The position numbers were made by a program, and so were the translations under genes. This document shows, in pieces, positions 26,464-36,109 of a stretch of DNA of 64,000 bases (positions are counted from its first letter, which is position 1; every line of letters starts with the position of its first letter). Source of the stretch: Opitutaceae bacterium. Lineage in GTDB: Bacteria > Verrucomicrobiota > Verrucomicrobiia > Opitutales > Opitutaceae. The notes beneath the pieces are model-generated. The model worked only from the letters and a program-made list of their open reading frames with translations, did no database searches and was not told where the DNA came from. The DNA is taken from the NCBI GenBank assembly GCA_041671745.1, contig JBAZBC010000018.1, positions 31,905 through 95,904 on the forward strand, written 5' to 3'.

Positions 26464-28527
26464 ATGAAAACTTCCCGTGTCTCCCGCTCCCTCGCCCTTG
26501 CGAGCCTGCTGTTGTCTCTCGCCGTTCCTGCGGCTTGGGGCGAAGTCAGTCTGCCGCCGCTTTTCTCCTCTCACGCGGTGTTGCAAAAAGCGCCCCGCGT
26601 TCCCGTCTGGGGCAAGGCCTCCGCCGGGGAACGCATTACCGTGACCCTCGGCACCGCCTCGGCTTCCGCCACTGCGGGGGCTGATGGCAAATGGAGCGCC
26701 TCGCTCGATCTCGCGCAGTCCGGTCCGGGTCCTTTTGACCTTGTGGTCAAGGGCACCAACACGCTCACCGTGAGCGATGTCGTCGTGGGCGAAGTCTGGC
26801 TGGCCTCGGGCCAGTCCAACATGGAGTGGGTCGCTTACAACACGACGGGAGCCAAGGAGGAGATGGCGCAATCCGCCAACCCGCAGGTGCGCCAGTTTCT
26901 CGTGAGGAAAAACACTTCGCCCACGCCTCTCGATGACATGCAGGGCGAGTGGAAGGTCGCCGGCCCGTCCACCACGGGCGGGTTCACCGCCACCGGTTAT
27001 TTTTTCGCCAAGTCGGTCCAGCAGGCGCTGGGACGGCCCGTGGGGTTGCTGAACTCCAGTTGGGGCGGAACGAACGTCGAGGGCTGGACCAGTGCCGACG
27101 GCGTAGCGCGCCTGCCCGCGCTCAAGGAAAGCACCGCCAAATATGGAGCCGAGGAGCAGTCCTTCCCGGTGCGGATCAAGGAATTCGCCACCGTTTTCTC
27201 CGACTGGACGGCGAAGACGGGGCGCGAAGATAAAAAGGCGCTCTCCAGCACGGACGTTCTGGGTGCCGCTTCCACCGTCGCGTGGCAGCCGGTCACATTG
27301 CCGGCGACCGCTGGCGCCGGGCTTCCCGCGAACGGCGGCGTGGTCTGGCTTCGGCGCACCGTGAACGTCCCGGCGGGCAGCGCGGGGCTCCAGCAATCGC
27401 TCGATGTCGGTCGCATCGACGGATTCTTCACCATCTATTTCAACGGGGAAAAGGTCAGCGAGGTCACGCCGGCGACCGGTCTGCCGCGTCCGGGGGCCTT
27501 TTACGTCAAGGGCGACCTCATCAAGGCGGGCGATAACACGCTTGCGCTGCGGATCTACCATCCCGCCGCGATGCCCGCCGTGGTCGACGGCCAGCCGTTC
27601 CGCTTTATCTATCGTCCGATTTCCGGCGAGTGGCAGGCGCACGTGGAGCAGGAGTTCCCTGCGCTTGCCGCCGATGCGCGGTCCACGCTGCCTCCGACGC
27701 CGGTGCGTCCCATGAACCGCCAGGACATCGGTGGCTATCTCTACAACGGCATGATCCATCCGATGATCCCCTACGGCATCCGCGGCGTCATCTGGTATCA
27801 AGGCGAGAGTAACGGCTGGCGCGCCGCGCAGTATCGCGAGTTTTTTCCGAACCTGATCACCGACTGGCGCGCCCGCTGGGGCATGAGCGATCTGCCCTTC
27901 TATTTTTGCCAGCTGGCGAACTTCGGCGGGAAGAGCTCCGAGTTTAAGGAGAACTCCACCGCCGAGCTGCGCGAAGCCCAGTCGCTCGCGCTGAAGCTGC
28001 CCAACACCGGCCAGGCGGTCCTCATCGACGTCGGCGAGGCCGACGACATCCATCCGCGCAACAAGCGCGACGTGGGCGCGCGGCTCGCGCGTATCGCTTT
28101 GGCGAATACCTATGGCCGCAAAGACATCACTTTTTCGGGCCCCGTCTATCAGGCGCAGCGCATCGAGGGTGAGCGCATCCGCATCGCCTTTACCCAGGCA
28201 AACGGCGGGCTGGTGGCAAAGGAGCTTCCCGCCACCTACGCGCCGCGCTCGACGGTGGATCGCACGCTGCCCCTGGAGAAATACAGCGCCGGCAGCGACC
28301 TGCAGGGTTTCGCCATCTGCGGCGCGGACCGCAAGTGGGTCTGGGCGCAGGCGAAGATCGACGGCGACAAGGTCGTCGTCTGGTCCTCCGCCGTGAAATC
28401 GCCCATCGCGGTGCGCTACGGCTGGGCGTCCAACCCGACGTGCAACCTCTACAACGGCGCCGGCCTGCCGGCCTCGCCCTTCCGCACCGACGATTTTCCT
28501 CTGAGCACGCTCGCCAACAAATACTGA
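26464..28527 (+). CDS. Sialate O-acetylesterase (SASA) family carbohydrate esterase with inserted sugar-binding domain
   Basis: 'GEVWLASGQSNM', 'GVIWYQGESN', 'DIHPRNKRDVG', 'AVRYGW','LYNGAGLPASPFRTD'; signal peptide. Confidence 0.9.
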   Translation: MKTSRVSRSLALASLLLSLAVPAAWGEVSLPPLFSSHAVLQKAPRVPVWGKASAGERITVTLGTASASATAGADGKWSASLDLAQSGPGPFDLVVKGTNTLTVSDVVVGEVWLASGQSNMEWVAYNTTGAKEEMAQSANPQVRQFLVRKNTSPTPLDDMQGEWKVAGPSTTGGFTATGYFFAKSVQQALGRPVGLLNSSWGGTNVEGWTSADGVARLPALKESTAKYGAEEQSFPVRIKEFATVFSDWTAKTGREDKKALSSTDVLGAASTVAWQPVTLPATAGAGLPANGGVVWLRRTVNVPAGSAGLQQSLDVGRIDGFFTIYFNGEKVSEVTPATGLPRPGAFYVKGDLIKAGDNTLALRIYHPAAMPAVVDGQPFRFIYRPISGEWQAHVEQEFPALAADARSTLPPTPVRPMNRQDIGGYLYNGMIHPMIPYGIRGVIWYQGESNGWRAAQYREFFPNLITDWRARWGMSDLPFYFCQLANFGGKSSEFKENSTAELREAQSLALKLPNTGQAVLIDVGEADDIHPRNKRDVGARLARIALANTYGRKDITFSGPVYQAQRIEGERIRIAFTQANGGLVAKELPATYAPRSTVDRTLPLEKYSAGSDLQGFAICGADRKWVWAQAKIDGDKVVVWSSAVKSPIAVRYGWASNPTCNLYNGAGLPASPFRTDDFPLSTLANKY

Positions 28528-28558
28528 ACCCACGCCCGCCGGTTAACGAAAACACGCC

Positions 28559-29614
28559 ATGACAATCACACTCACTCAAGTCGCCAGGGAGGCCGGTGTC
28601 GCTTTGTCCACCGCGTCTTATGCCTTGCGGGGCAACCCGCTGATCAACGAACGCACCGCGCGGGTCGTGCGCGAGACCGCGAGCCGCCTGGGCTACCGGC
28701 CCAACGCGCAGGTTGCCGCGCTCATGACCCACATCCGCGCCGGCCGCGCCGTCCGCGAGGCCGAGCGCATCGCCTTTGTGCGGATCGACTCATTCGCGCC
28801 AGGCACGGAGCACGGGATGGCGGACGCGATCCTGGCGGCTGCGCGGCTGCGCGCCCGCGAGGCCGGCTATGGCATGGATGAATTCAATCTGGCCGATCCC
28901 GGCATGTCGCCGCGCCGGCTCGCCGCGGTCCTGCACGCGCGCGGCATCAGCGGCGTGTTGCTCTGCCCGTTGCCCGGCCGGGCGTCCCTCTCGCTGGACT
29001 GGAATTGGGACTGGTTCGCCACCGCTGTGATCGGCAACACCGCCTGCGATCCGGAGCTGCATCACGCGGGGCTGGACCATTACGCCGCGGTGCGGCTGGC
29101 CATGCGCAAGCTCCGAGAGTCGGGGGCGCGCACGATCTTCGGCTTGCTCGAAGGCGGCATCAACATCACGGCGAAGGAGGCGGTGGCGGCGGCCTTCGTC
29201 GAGCACCACCCGGAGCCCGCCCGCGCGCGCCGCTGGCTTGATCTGGGTCATGGTTGCGACACCGCGATGCGCCGCCGCCTGGACAAGCTGAGGCCCGACG
29301 CCGTGCTCACGACCTGGGCGCGGTGGAACGCGGCCTGCACCGCCGAAGGACCTTTGTCGTCGGGCGTGCGCGTGGCGCTGACCGACTGGCGGCCCAACAT
29401 CGCGGGGCTCCCCGGCGTGGATCATTGCGAGGCCGAGATCGCCGCCAGCGCGGTTGACCTCGTGGTGATGCAATTGCAGCGGAACCAACTCGGTCCGCCG
29501 GCGATGCCGCACATGCTCTCCTTTCCGGGCATCTGGCGCGAAGGGGTCGCGCGAGCGACGGCCACCGCGCCGGTCTCGACCGCATTGTGCGTCGGGCTGT
29601 CGTCGGCGGCTTGA
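28559..29614 (+). CDS. LacI family transcriptional regulator
   Basis: 'TLTQVAREAGVALSTASYALRG' HTH; 'YRPNAQVAALM' hinge. Confidence 0.88.
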   Translation: MTITLTQVAREAGVALSTASYALRGNPLINERTARVVRETASRLGYRPNAQVAALMTHIRAGRAVREAERIAFVRIDSFAPGTEHGMADAILAAARLRAREAGYGMDEFNLADPGMSPRRLAAVLHARGISGVLLCPLPGRASLSLDWNWDWFATAVIGNTACDPELHHAGLDHYAAVRLAMRKLRESGARTIFGLLEGGINITAKEAVAAAFVEHHPEPARARRWLDLGHGCDTAMRRRLDKLRPDAVLTTWARWNAACTAEGPLSSGVRVALTDWRPNIAGLPGVDHCEAEIAASAVDLVVMQLQRNQLGPPAMPHMLSFPGIWREGVARATATAPVSTALCVGLSSAA

Positions 29615-29638
29615 GTCCGACCGGCGGAGAAGGCGGGC

Positions 29639-30502
29639 TCAGAAATTTTTGAGCCGGTAGGCGCGCGGACTCAGGCCGAAGTGTTTTTTGAAGAGCCGGG
29701 AAAAATGAAAGGGATCTTCGTAGCCCGCCTGAAGGGCGACAGCGGCGATGTTGAGCGTGCGGTCGGCGAGCAGGCGCGTGGCGTGGTGCATGTGGTGCTG
29801 GGTCAGGCATTGCACCGGCGAGACGCCGAACACCGCTTTGAAGCGGGCGCAAAAATGCGGGACGGACATGCCCGCGAGCGCCGCCATCTCGCTCAAGCTG
29901 ATGTGGCGGGCCGGCGCGGTGCCGATGAGCCGGCGGACCGCGAGCAGATTTTCCGGAATGCGCACGTTCATCGCGGAAGGCGCGACGCTGCGCACCAGAT
30001 CACGCAGCGCGTTTTCCAGCAGGTTGCCCACGATCACGACATCGGGTCGCGCGTAGGCGACGATTTCGCCGTGCATGTCGAGCAGGCCCTGTTGGAACAG
30101 CGCGGTGCGGATGCCGAAGGGCTGGAGGAGCGGAACGCGGGCTTCCTCCAGAATGCGGGCGACGCGACGACCGGTGCAATGAACCCAGCTATGGCAGAAG
30201 GGAGCGTTGGGATTGCCGTAATATTGGGAAGATCCGGGCGTCCAGACCATCATGGTTTCCGCTGGTGAAAGGGCCTCGTCCCGCGCAGTCGCGGAGATGA
30301 CCGCCGGGTCGTGAAACAACATGATGAGGTAGTCATCGGTGCCGCGCGTCCGGTTGATCATGCATGGGGGCATGGCCTCGCGCACGCCGATACCGCGCAC
30401 ATTCAGTTCGGGCGAGTCGAGCAGTTGTGGCGTGAAGAACTGACGAAAGCCGGGCACCGGGGCGCGGGAGGGGGATTTGGGAGACATGACGGGTAGGGGC
30501 AT
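29639..30502 (-). CDS. AraC family transcriptional regulator
   Basis: Cupin-like N-domain 'HSWVHCTG'; C-terminal double HTH 'AGMSVPHFCARFK...AGYEDPFHFSRLFKKHFGLSPRAYR'. Start uncertain (30502 or 30487; the longest ORF starts at 30535). Confidence 0.88.
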   Translation of the reverse strand: MPLPVMSPKSPSRAPVPGFRQFFTPQLLDSPELNVRGIGVREAMPPCMINRTRGTDDYLIMLFHDPAVISATARDEALSPAETMMVWTPGSSQYYGNPNAPFCHSWVHCTGRRVARILEEARVPLLQPFGIRTALFQQGLLDMHGEIVAYARPDVVIVGNLLENALRDLVRSVAPSAMNVRIPENLLAVRRLIGTAPARHISLSEMAALAGMSVPHFCARFKAVFGVSPVQCLTQHHMHHATRLLADRTLNIAAVALQAGYEDPFHFSRLFKKHFGLSPRAYRLKNF

Positions 30503-30511
30503 AATTTTATC

Positions 30512-30537
30512 CATGTTTATTAGATGACCGGCCATGT
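30512..30537. promoter_or_regulatory. CATGT direct repeat at 21-bp period (candidate AraC-type site) in the AraC/GH116 divergent region
   Basis: CATGT at 30512 and 30533; TATGTT (-10-like) at 30559-30564 downstream. Confidence 0.4.
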
Positions 30538-30624
30538 TATTTTAAGGCTGTTTTCGAGTATGTTTTGGGGAGTCCATCGGATGCGGGACGACCCCGTTCC
30601 CGCACGTATGGCAGACGAAACGCC

Positions 30625-33222
30625 ATGAACCCCGCAGAGCCCCTTTTCCCCTTCCGTTACCGTGACGATTTGCAAGTCGCGCTGCCCATCGGTGGCATCG
30701 GCGCCGGGTGCCTGTGCCTGAATGGCTCGGGCGGCCTGCAGGATTTTTCCCTGCGCAACCGTCCCTCGACGACCGCAGTGCCGGATCATTTGCCCTACGG
30801 TTGCCAGAACGCCGCCTTTGCCTTGCTCCACATCAAGGGGGACAAGCCTGTCACCCGGCTGATCGAAGGCCCCATCCCGCCGGAGAAAATCTACGACCAG
30901 GGTTTGCAGACCCAGGGCTTTCGTCACGGCGGACACGAGGGGTTGCCGCGTTTTTCCAAATCATCGTTTTCGGCCGGTTATCCTTTTGGGCGCGTGCAGC
31001 TGTCCGACCCCAAGGTGCCGGTCACGGCGGAAGTCACCGGGTTCAATCCGTTCATTCCCCTCGACGCCAAAAATTCAGGCATTCCCTGCGCCGTGCTGGA
31101 ATACACCCTTAAAAACACGTCGCGTCGCGAGGTGTCGCTGGAGTTCTCGTTCCACTGGTCGCACCCGGCGGTCAATATTGGCGATGGCGAGCAAGCGGCC
31201 CGCAATGCGGGCGAGCGCGAGTCGCGCACGGCCGTGGTCGACGGACGCGGAGTCAAATTTTTCAACACGTCGGTGCCCACGGCCGAGCAGTTCGGCACTG
31301 CGTGTCTGCTCGCGCCGAAGGGCAAGCCGTTGGTCAAGGCGATGTGGTTTCGCGGAGGCTGGTTCGACTCGATTTCGCAGCTCTGGCGCGAAGTATCGAC
31401 CGGCTCCTTCACGCCCAACGACGGCTGGGACGGCATCGACACCGACGAGCGCAACGGTGGCTCGATCCTGCTGCGCGCCCGGTTGAAACCCGGCCAGAGC
31501 ATCACGCATCCGGTCATTCTCAGCTGGCATTTTCCCAACGGCTACCAGGCGCAGGCGCACGGCGAGATGGGCTGGGCCAACGGTCGCGACCGCACCGACG
31601 GGCCGTGGTGGCGTCCCTACTACGCGGGCGTATGGGCGGACGCGGTCGAGGTGGCGCAATATGTGGCGGACAACTACCGGAGCCTGCGCGAGCGCACCGT
31701 CGCCTTCAACCGCGCGCTGTTTTCCTCGACGCTCCCGATGCCGGTGCTCGATGCAGTGTCGGCGAATCTGGCGATCATCAAGTCGCCCACGGTTCTTCGG
31801 CTGGAGGGCGGACAGTTGTGGGGTTGGGAGGGCTGTTATCCGGGCTGGGGCTGTTGCCCCGGCAGCTGCACGCATGTGTGGAACTACGCGCAGTCCATTC
31901 CGCATTTGTTTCCCGAACTGGAGCGCACGCTGCGTTCGCTGGAATGGGAACGCTCGATGGACGCTTCGGGCAAGGTCGCGTTCCGCGCGGCGCTGCCGAT
32001 CGGGCCGGCGCGGTTTAAGCACTGCGCGGCGGCCGATGGACAACTGGGGGGCATGCTGAAGCTTTACCGCGACTGGCACATCTCCGGCGACACGCCGTGG
32101 ATGGCCGGCCTGTATCCGCTCGCGCGGCTCAGTCTCGAATATGCCATCGAGACCTGGGACCCCGAGCGCACGGGATTGCTGGTCGAGCCGCATCACAACA
32201 CCTACGACATCGAGTTCTGGGGCCCGGACGGCATGTGCACGAGCATCTACATCGCCGCGTTGAGCGCGATGGCGCGTCTGGCCGCCGCACTCGGGCGAAG
32301 CAAAGACGAGCAGGCCTACGCCGCGCTCGCCGAACGCGGCGCGAAGGCCATGGCGGCGGAGTTGTTCAACGGCGAGTATCTCCAGCAGCGGGTGCGTTAC
32401 GCCGATCTGCGCGACAAATCTTTCCTGCAAGAGCTCGAGGCCCGCCTCGCCAAGGGCGGCCAGCGCGCGGCGCTCCTCAAGAACGAGGGACCGAAATACC
32501 AATATGGTTCGGGCTGTCTTTCCGACGGCGTGATCGGCGCCTGGATGGCGCGGATCTACGGCGTGGAGGCGCCCTTCGACCAGTCCCAGATCCGCTCAAC
32601 ATTGAGCGCCATTCACCGGCATAATTTCCGGAGCGATCTCGCGGAGCACGCCAACTGCCAGCGGCCGGGCTACGCCCTGGGCCATGAAGCCGGGTTGTTG
32701 TTGTGCTCCTGGCCGCGCGGCGAAAAACCCACGCTGCCCTTCGTCTATTCCGACGAGGTGTGGACCGGCATCGAATACCAGGTGGCGACGCATCTGATCG
32801 CCGAAGGCATGGTCAAGGAGGGCCTGGCGTTGGTGAAGGCGGTGCGGTCGCGCTACGACGGCCGCGTGCGCAATCCGTTCAACGAATACGAATGCGGCGG
32901 CTACTACGCGCGGGCGATGGCGAGCTACGCGTTGCTCGGCACGCTGTCCGGCTTCCGCTACTCGGCGGTCGAGCGCACGCTCTGGTTCGGCCCGAAGCTG
33001 CGCACGCTCCCGTTCCAGGTGTTTTTCTCCGCCGCCGAAGGGTGGGGCACCGTGCGCCTGGAAAAAGACCGGCTCGTGGTCTCGCTCGTCGAGGGCCGCC
33101 TGCCGTTGAAACGCATCCTCGTGGAAACCGCCGGGACCGTTCGCGAGCTCGTGGTGGACAAGGTCGTCAAGGCCGGTTCGCCGGTTTCCTTCCGCCTCGG
33201 CGCAACCCGGCGGCCTCGCTGA
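30625..33222 (+). CDS. GH116 family glycosidase (DUF608/GBA2-like)
   Basis: 'ALPIGGIGAG', 'GWEG...GSCTHVWNYAQ', 'AADGQLG', 'HNTYDIEFWG', 'EVWTGIEY', 'NPFNEYECG.YYARAMASY'. Start set at ATG 30625. Confidence 0.88.
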   Translation: MNPAEPLFPFRYRDDLQVALPIGGIGAGCLCLNGSGGLQDFSLRNRPSTTAVPDHLPYGCQNAAFALLHIKGDKPVTRLIEGPIPPEKIYDQGLQTQGFRHGGHEGLPRFSKSSFSAGYPFGRVQLSDPKVPVTAEVTGFNPFIPLDAKNSGIPCAVLEYTLKNTSRREVSLEFSFHWSHPAVNIGDGEQAARNAGERESRTAVVDGRGVKFFNTSVPTAEQFGTACLLAPKGKPLVKAMWFRGGWFDSISQLWREVSTGSFTPNDGWDGIDTDERNGGSILLRARLKPGQSITHPVILSWHFPNGYQAQAHGEMGWANGRDRTDGPWWRPYYAGVWADAVEVAQYVADNYRSLRERTVAFNRALFSSTLPMPVLDAVSANLAIIKSPTVLRLEGGQLWGWEGCYPGWGCCPGSCTHVWNYAQSIPHLFPELERTLRSLEWERSMDASGKVAFRAALPIGPARFKHCAAADGQLGGMLKLYRDWHISGDTPWMAGLYPLARLSLEYAIETWDPERTGLLVEPHHNTYDIEFWGPDGMCTSIYIAALSAMARLAAALGRSKDEQAYAALAERGAKAMAAELFNGEYLQQRVRYADLRDKSFLQELEARLAKGGQRAALLKNEGPKYQYGSGCLSDGVIGAWMARIYGVEAPFDQSQIRSTLSAIHRHNFRSDLAEHANCQRPGYALGHEAGLLLCSWPRGEKPTLPFVYSDEVWTGIEYQVATHLIAEGMVKEGLALVKAVRSRYDGRVRNPFNEYECGGYYARAMASYALLGTLSGFRYSAVERTLWFGPKLRTLPFQVFFSAAEGWGTVRLEKDRLVVSLVEGRLPLKRILVETAGTVRELVVDKVVKAGSPVSFRLGATRRPR

Positions 33223-33239
33223 TCCAGTTCATCTCCCCC

Positions 33240-34952
33240 ATGTATACCCTTGGCATTGATTACGGCACCAACTCCGTCCGCGCCCTTGTCGTCCGCTGCT
33301 CGGACGGTGCGGAGCTCGGCACCGGCATCGTCAACTATCCCGGCGGCCATCAGGGCGTGCTGCTGGATTCGCGCGATCACTCGCTCGCGCGGCAGAATCC
33401 GGCGGACTACCTGTTCGGCCTCGAAAAATCGGTGAAGCTGGCGCTCGCCGGGGCGCGCAAAACGAAGGGCTTCGACGTGCGTCGCGTGGCTGGCATCGGC
33501 GTCGATACGACCGGTTCGAGTCCGCTTCCGGTCGATGCGGGCAACGTCCCGCTCGCCTTCCAAAAAAAATGGGCGGACAACCTCGCCGCGCAGTGCTGGC
33601 TGTGGAAGGACCACACCAGCGCCGCCGAGGCCGCCGAGATCACCGCGCTCGCCGCCCGCCTGCGTCCGCACTATCTCGCCAAGTGCGGCGGCGCGTATTC
33701 GTCCGAGTGGTTCTGGTCGAAAACCCTGCATTGCCGCCGCACCGCGCCGAAGGTGTTTTCCGCCGCTTACTCGTGGGTGGAACTGGCCGACTGGATACCT
33801 TCCGTGCTGGCGGGTGTCACCGATCCGCGCGCGGTCGTCCGCGGTGTTTGCTGCGCCGGACACAAGGCGCTCTACGCGGATGACTGGGGCGGTCTGCCCG
33901 ACGCCAAGTTTCTTGCGAAGCTGGACCCCGGCTTGGCCGCGCTGCGCGACCGCCTCTACAAAAAAGCGCACGATGCCACGACGGCCGCCGGGGCGCTCTG
34001 CGAGAAGTGGGCCGATAAACTCGGTCTGCCCGCCGGCATCCCCATCGCCATCGGCGAGATGGACGTCCACTACGGAGCCATCGGCTCCGGCGTCGCCGAA
34101 GGCACGCTGGTCAAGGTCATCGGAACCTCCAGCTGCGACTGCGGTGTGGTCCCGATCAAGCGACGCGTGGCCGACATCCCCGGAATCTGCGGCATCGTGA
34201 AAGGCGCGATTCTTCCCGGCTTCCACGGTCTGGAAGCGGGGCAGTCCGCCGTCGGCGATATTTTCAAATGGTTCGTCGAGGGCGTGCTCGGAGATGTGTC
34301 GCTGCACGCCGGGCTCACCGCCGAGGCCGCGAAGCTCAAGCCCGGTCAATCGGGTCTGCTGGCGTTGGATTGGAACAACGGCAATCGCACGGTGCTGGCC
34401 GATCCGCTCCTCTCCGGCCTGCTTCTCGGGCAGACGCTCTACAGCACGCGTGCGGAAATTTATCGCGCGCTGATCGAAGCCACGGCGTTCGGGGCGCGCG
34501 CGATCATCGAGCGTTTTCGGGAATACGGCGTGCGCGTCGATCGCGTCGTCTGCGCCGGCGGCATCGCCGAAAAAAATCCGCTGCTCATGCAGATCTATGC
34601 GGACGTCACCGGTTGCACGATGCGTGTCGCCGGTTCGGCGCAGGCCTGCGCGCTTGGCGCCGCGTTGTCCGCGGCCGTCCTGGCCGGGGAGCATCCGGAC
34701 TTTGCGACCGCGCAGCGGAAGATGACGCGGTTGAAACCAATCGCCTTCAAACCCCGCCCCGCCGAGGCGCGCGTCTACGAACAGCTCTACGCGCTGTATC
34801 GGAAACTCCATGACGCGTTTGGCGGAGTCGGCGGGGCCGTCGATCTCTCCGGGGTGATGAAAGAACTCATCGCCATCAAGTCCGCCGCGCACGGTCCGGC
34901 GAAGAAAACGAGCCGGGCCAAATCCACCGCCCGCGCCCGCCGCAAATCCTGA
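33240..34952 (+). CDS. araB: Ribulokinase (FGGY family)
   Basis: 'YTLGIDYGTNSVRA', 'IGVDTTGSSP', 'LWKDHT', 'YSSEWFWSK', 'AGHKA', 'LDWNNGNRT', 'IEATAFG'. True start is ATG 33240; the ORF-track start 32703 overlaps GH116. Confidence 0.88.
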   Translation: MYTLGIDYGTNSVRALVVRCSDGAELGTGIVNYPGGHQGVLLDSRDHSLARQNPADYLFGLEKSVKLALAGARKTKGFDVRRVAGIGVDTTGSSPLPVDAGNVPLAFQKKWADNLAAQCWLWKDHTSAAEAAEITALAARLRPHYLAKCGGAYSSEWFWSKTLHCRRTAPKVFSAAYSWVELADWIPSVLAGVTDPRAVVRGVCCAGHKALYADDWGGLPDAKFLAKLDPGLAALRDRLYKKAHDATTAAGALCEKWADKLGLPAGIPIAIGEMDVHYGAIGSGVAEGTLVKVIGTSSCDCGVVPIKRRVADIPGICGIVKGAILPGFHGLEAGQSAVGDIFKWFVEGVLGDVSLHAGLTAEAAKLKPGQSGLLALDWNNGNRTVLADPLLSGLLLGQTLYSTRAEIYRALIEATAFGARAIIERFREYGVRVDRVVCAGGIAEKNPLLMQIYADVTGCTMRVAGSAQACALGAALSAAVLAGEHPDFATAQRKMTRLKPIAFKPRPAEARVYEQLYALYRKLHDAFGGVGGAVDLSGVMKELIAIKSAAHGPAKKTSRAKSTARARRKS

Positions 34953-34976
34953 ATTTTCCCGTCCATTTTTCCCATC

Positions 34977-36053
34977 ATGAGCAACTCATTCTATACCGCA
35001 TCGCTGGGGGGACTCTCCCAGCTTACACGCGCCCGCACGCGCTCGATCAGTCCGGAGAATCCCACCGGTGAAAAAGGGCGCGGCGGCATGGCCACCGACG
35101 GCACCGGCGCGAAGGCCGCCCGCGATCTCGGGATCGGCTGGAAACTTTCACCCGCCTGGGACATCGCCCCGAAAACCATCTACGAGCTCGCGCGAATCGA
35201 CGGCCCGGGCGTGATCCAGCAAATCTGGATGACACCCACCGGCATCTGGCGGAACCTGATTCTGCGCATCTACTGGGACGGACAGGAGCACCCCTCGGTC
35301 GAGTGCCCGGTGGGCGATTTTTTTGCGAACGGCTGGGGCAGTTATGCGCGGGTCGATTCGCAGGCGGTGTGCGTGAACCCGGGCAGCGCCTTCAATTGCT
35401 ACTGGCCGATGCCTTTCCGCAAAGGCTGCCGCATCACCTACGAAAATATCGGCGACGATCCCTGCCGCCTGTATTTTCAAATCAACTACGCCGAGCAGGA
35501 GATCCCGGAGGACGCGGCTTATTTCCACGCGCAGTTCCGCCGGGTGAATCCGCTGCCTTACAAGGAAGTCTACACCATCCTCGACGGCGTCGAGGGCTGG
35601 GGACACTACGCGGGCACCTACATGGCCTGGGGCGTGAACAACGCGGGTTGGTGGGGCGAGGGCGAAATCAAGTTCTACCTCGATGGTGACGAGTATCCCA
35701 CGATCTGCGGAACGGGGACCGAGGATTATTTCTGCGGCTCCTACAACTTCGAGAACCGTATCACCAAGCAATACGACACGTTCAATTCGGCCTACGCCGG
35801 ACTGCCGCAGATTATCCGTCCGGATGGCACCTACGCGTCGCAGACGCGTTTCGGGATGTATCGCTGGCACCTGATGGATCCGGTCCGCTTCGAGAAGGAC
35901 CTGAAGGTCACGATCCAGGCGCTCGGCTGGCGCCACGGCGGGCGTTATCTCCCGCTGCAGGACGACATCGCATCGGTCGCCTACTGGTATCAGCAGAAGC
36001 CGTCGAAGCCGTTCCCGCCTCTGCCGGAACGCGACTACTTGGAAATCGTCTGA
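34977..36053 (+). CDS. DUF2961 / GH172 family glycosidase (paralog 1)
   Basis: 'RSISPENPTGEKGRGG', 'LRIYWDG', 'PVGDFF', 'YWPMPF', 'WWGEGEIKFYLDGD','GTGTEDYF'. Confidence 0.9.
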   Translation: MSNSFYTASLGGLSQLTRARTRSISPENPTGEKGRGGMATDGTGAKAARDLGIGWKLSPAWDIAPKTIYELARIDGPGVIQQIWMTPTGIWRNLILRIYWDGQEHPSVECPVGDFFANGWGSYARVDSQAVCVNPGSAFNCYWPMPFRKGCRITYENIGDDPCRLYFQINYAEQEIPEDAAYFHAQFRRVNPLPYKEVYTILDGVEGWGHYAGTYMAWGVNNAGWWGEGEIKFYLDGDEYPTICGTGTEDYFCGSYNFENRITKQYDTFNSAYAGLPQIIRPDGTYASQTRFGMYRWHLMDPVRFEKDLKVTIQALGWRHGGRYLPLQDDIASVAYWYQQKPSKPFPPLPERDYLEIV

Positions 36054-36068
36054 GCAGACGAAAGGCCG

Positions 36069-36103
36069 GCCGCCCCGTCTGCGATCAACGCGGACGGGGC
36101 GGC
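36069..36103. terminator. Long GC hairpin between convergent GH172 and hypothetical genes
   Basis: GCCGCCCCGTCTGCG-atcaa-CGCGGACGGGGCGGC: 15-bp stem with one G.U pair, between converging stop codons at 36053 and 36110. Confidence 0.6.
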
Positions 36104-36109
36104 GCGCAA

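Noticed and set aside
24415-28533. 1372-aa minus-strand ORF
   Set aside because: Antisense to two well-supported genes; long stop-free antisense frames are expected from high-GC codon bias; no motifs.
32703-33239. N-terminal extension of the ribulokinase ORF (apparent 749-aa fusion)
   Set aside because: Overlaps the GH116 3' end in another frame; the FGGY motif starts at ATG 33240.
32958-34892. 644-aa minus-strand ORF
   Set aside because: Antisense shadow of araB.
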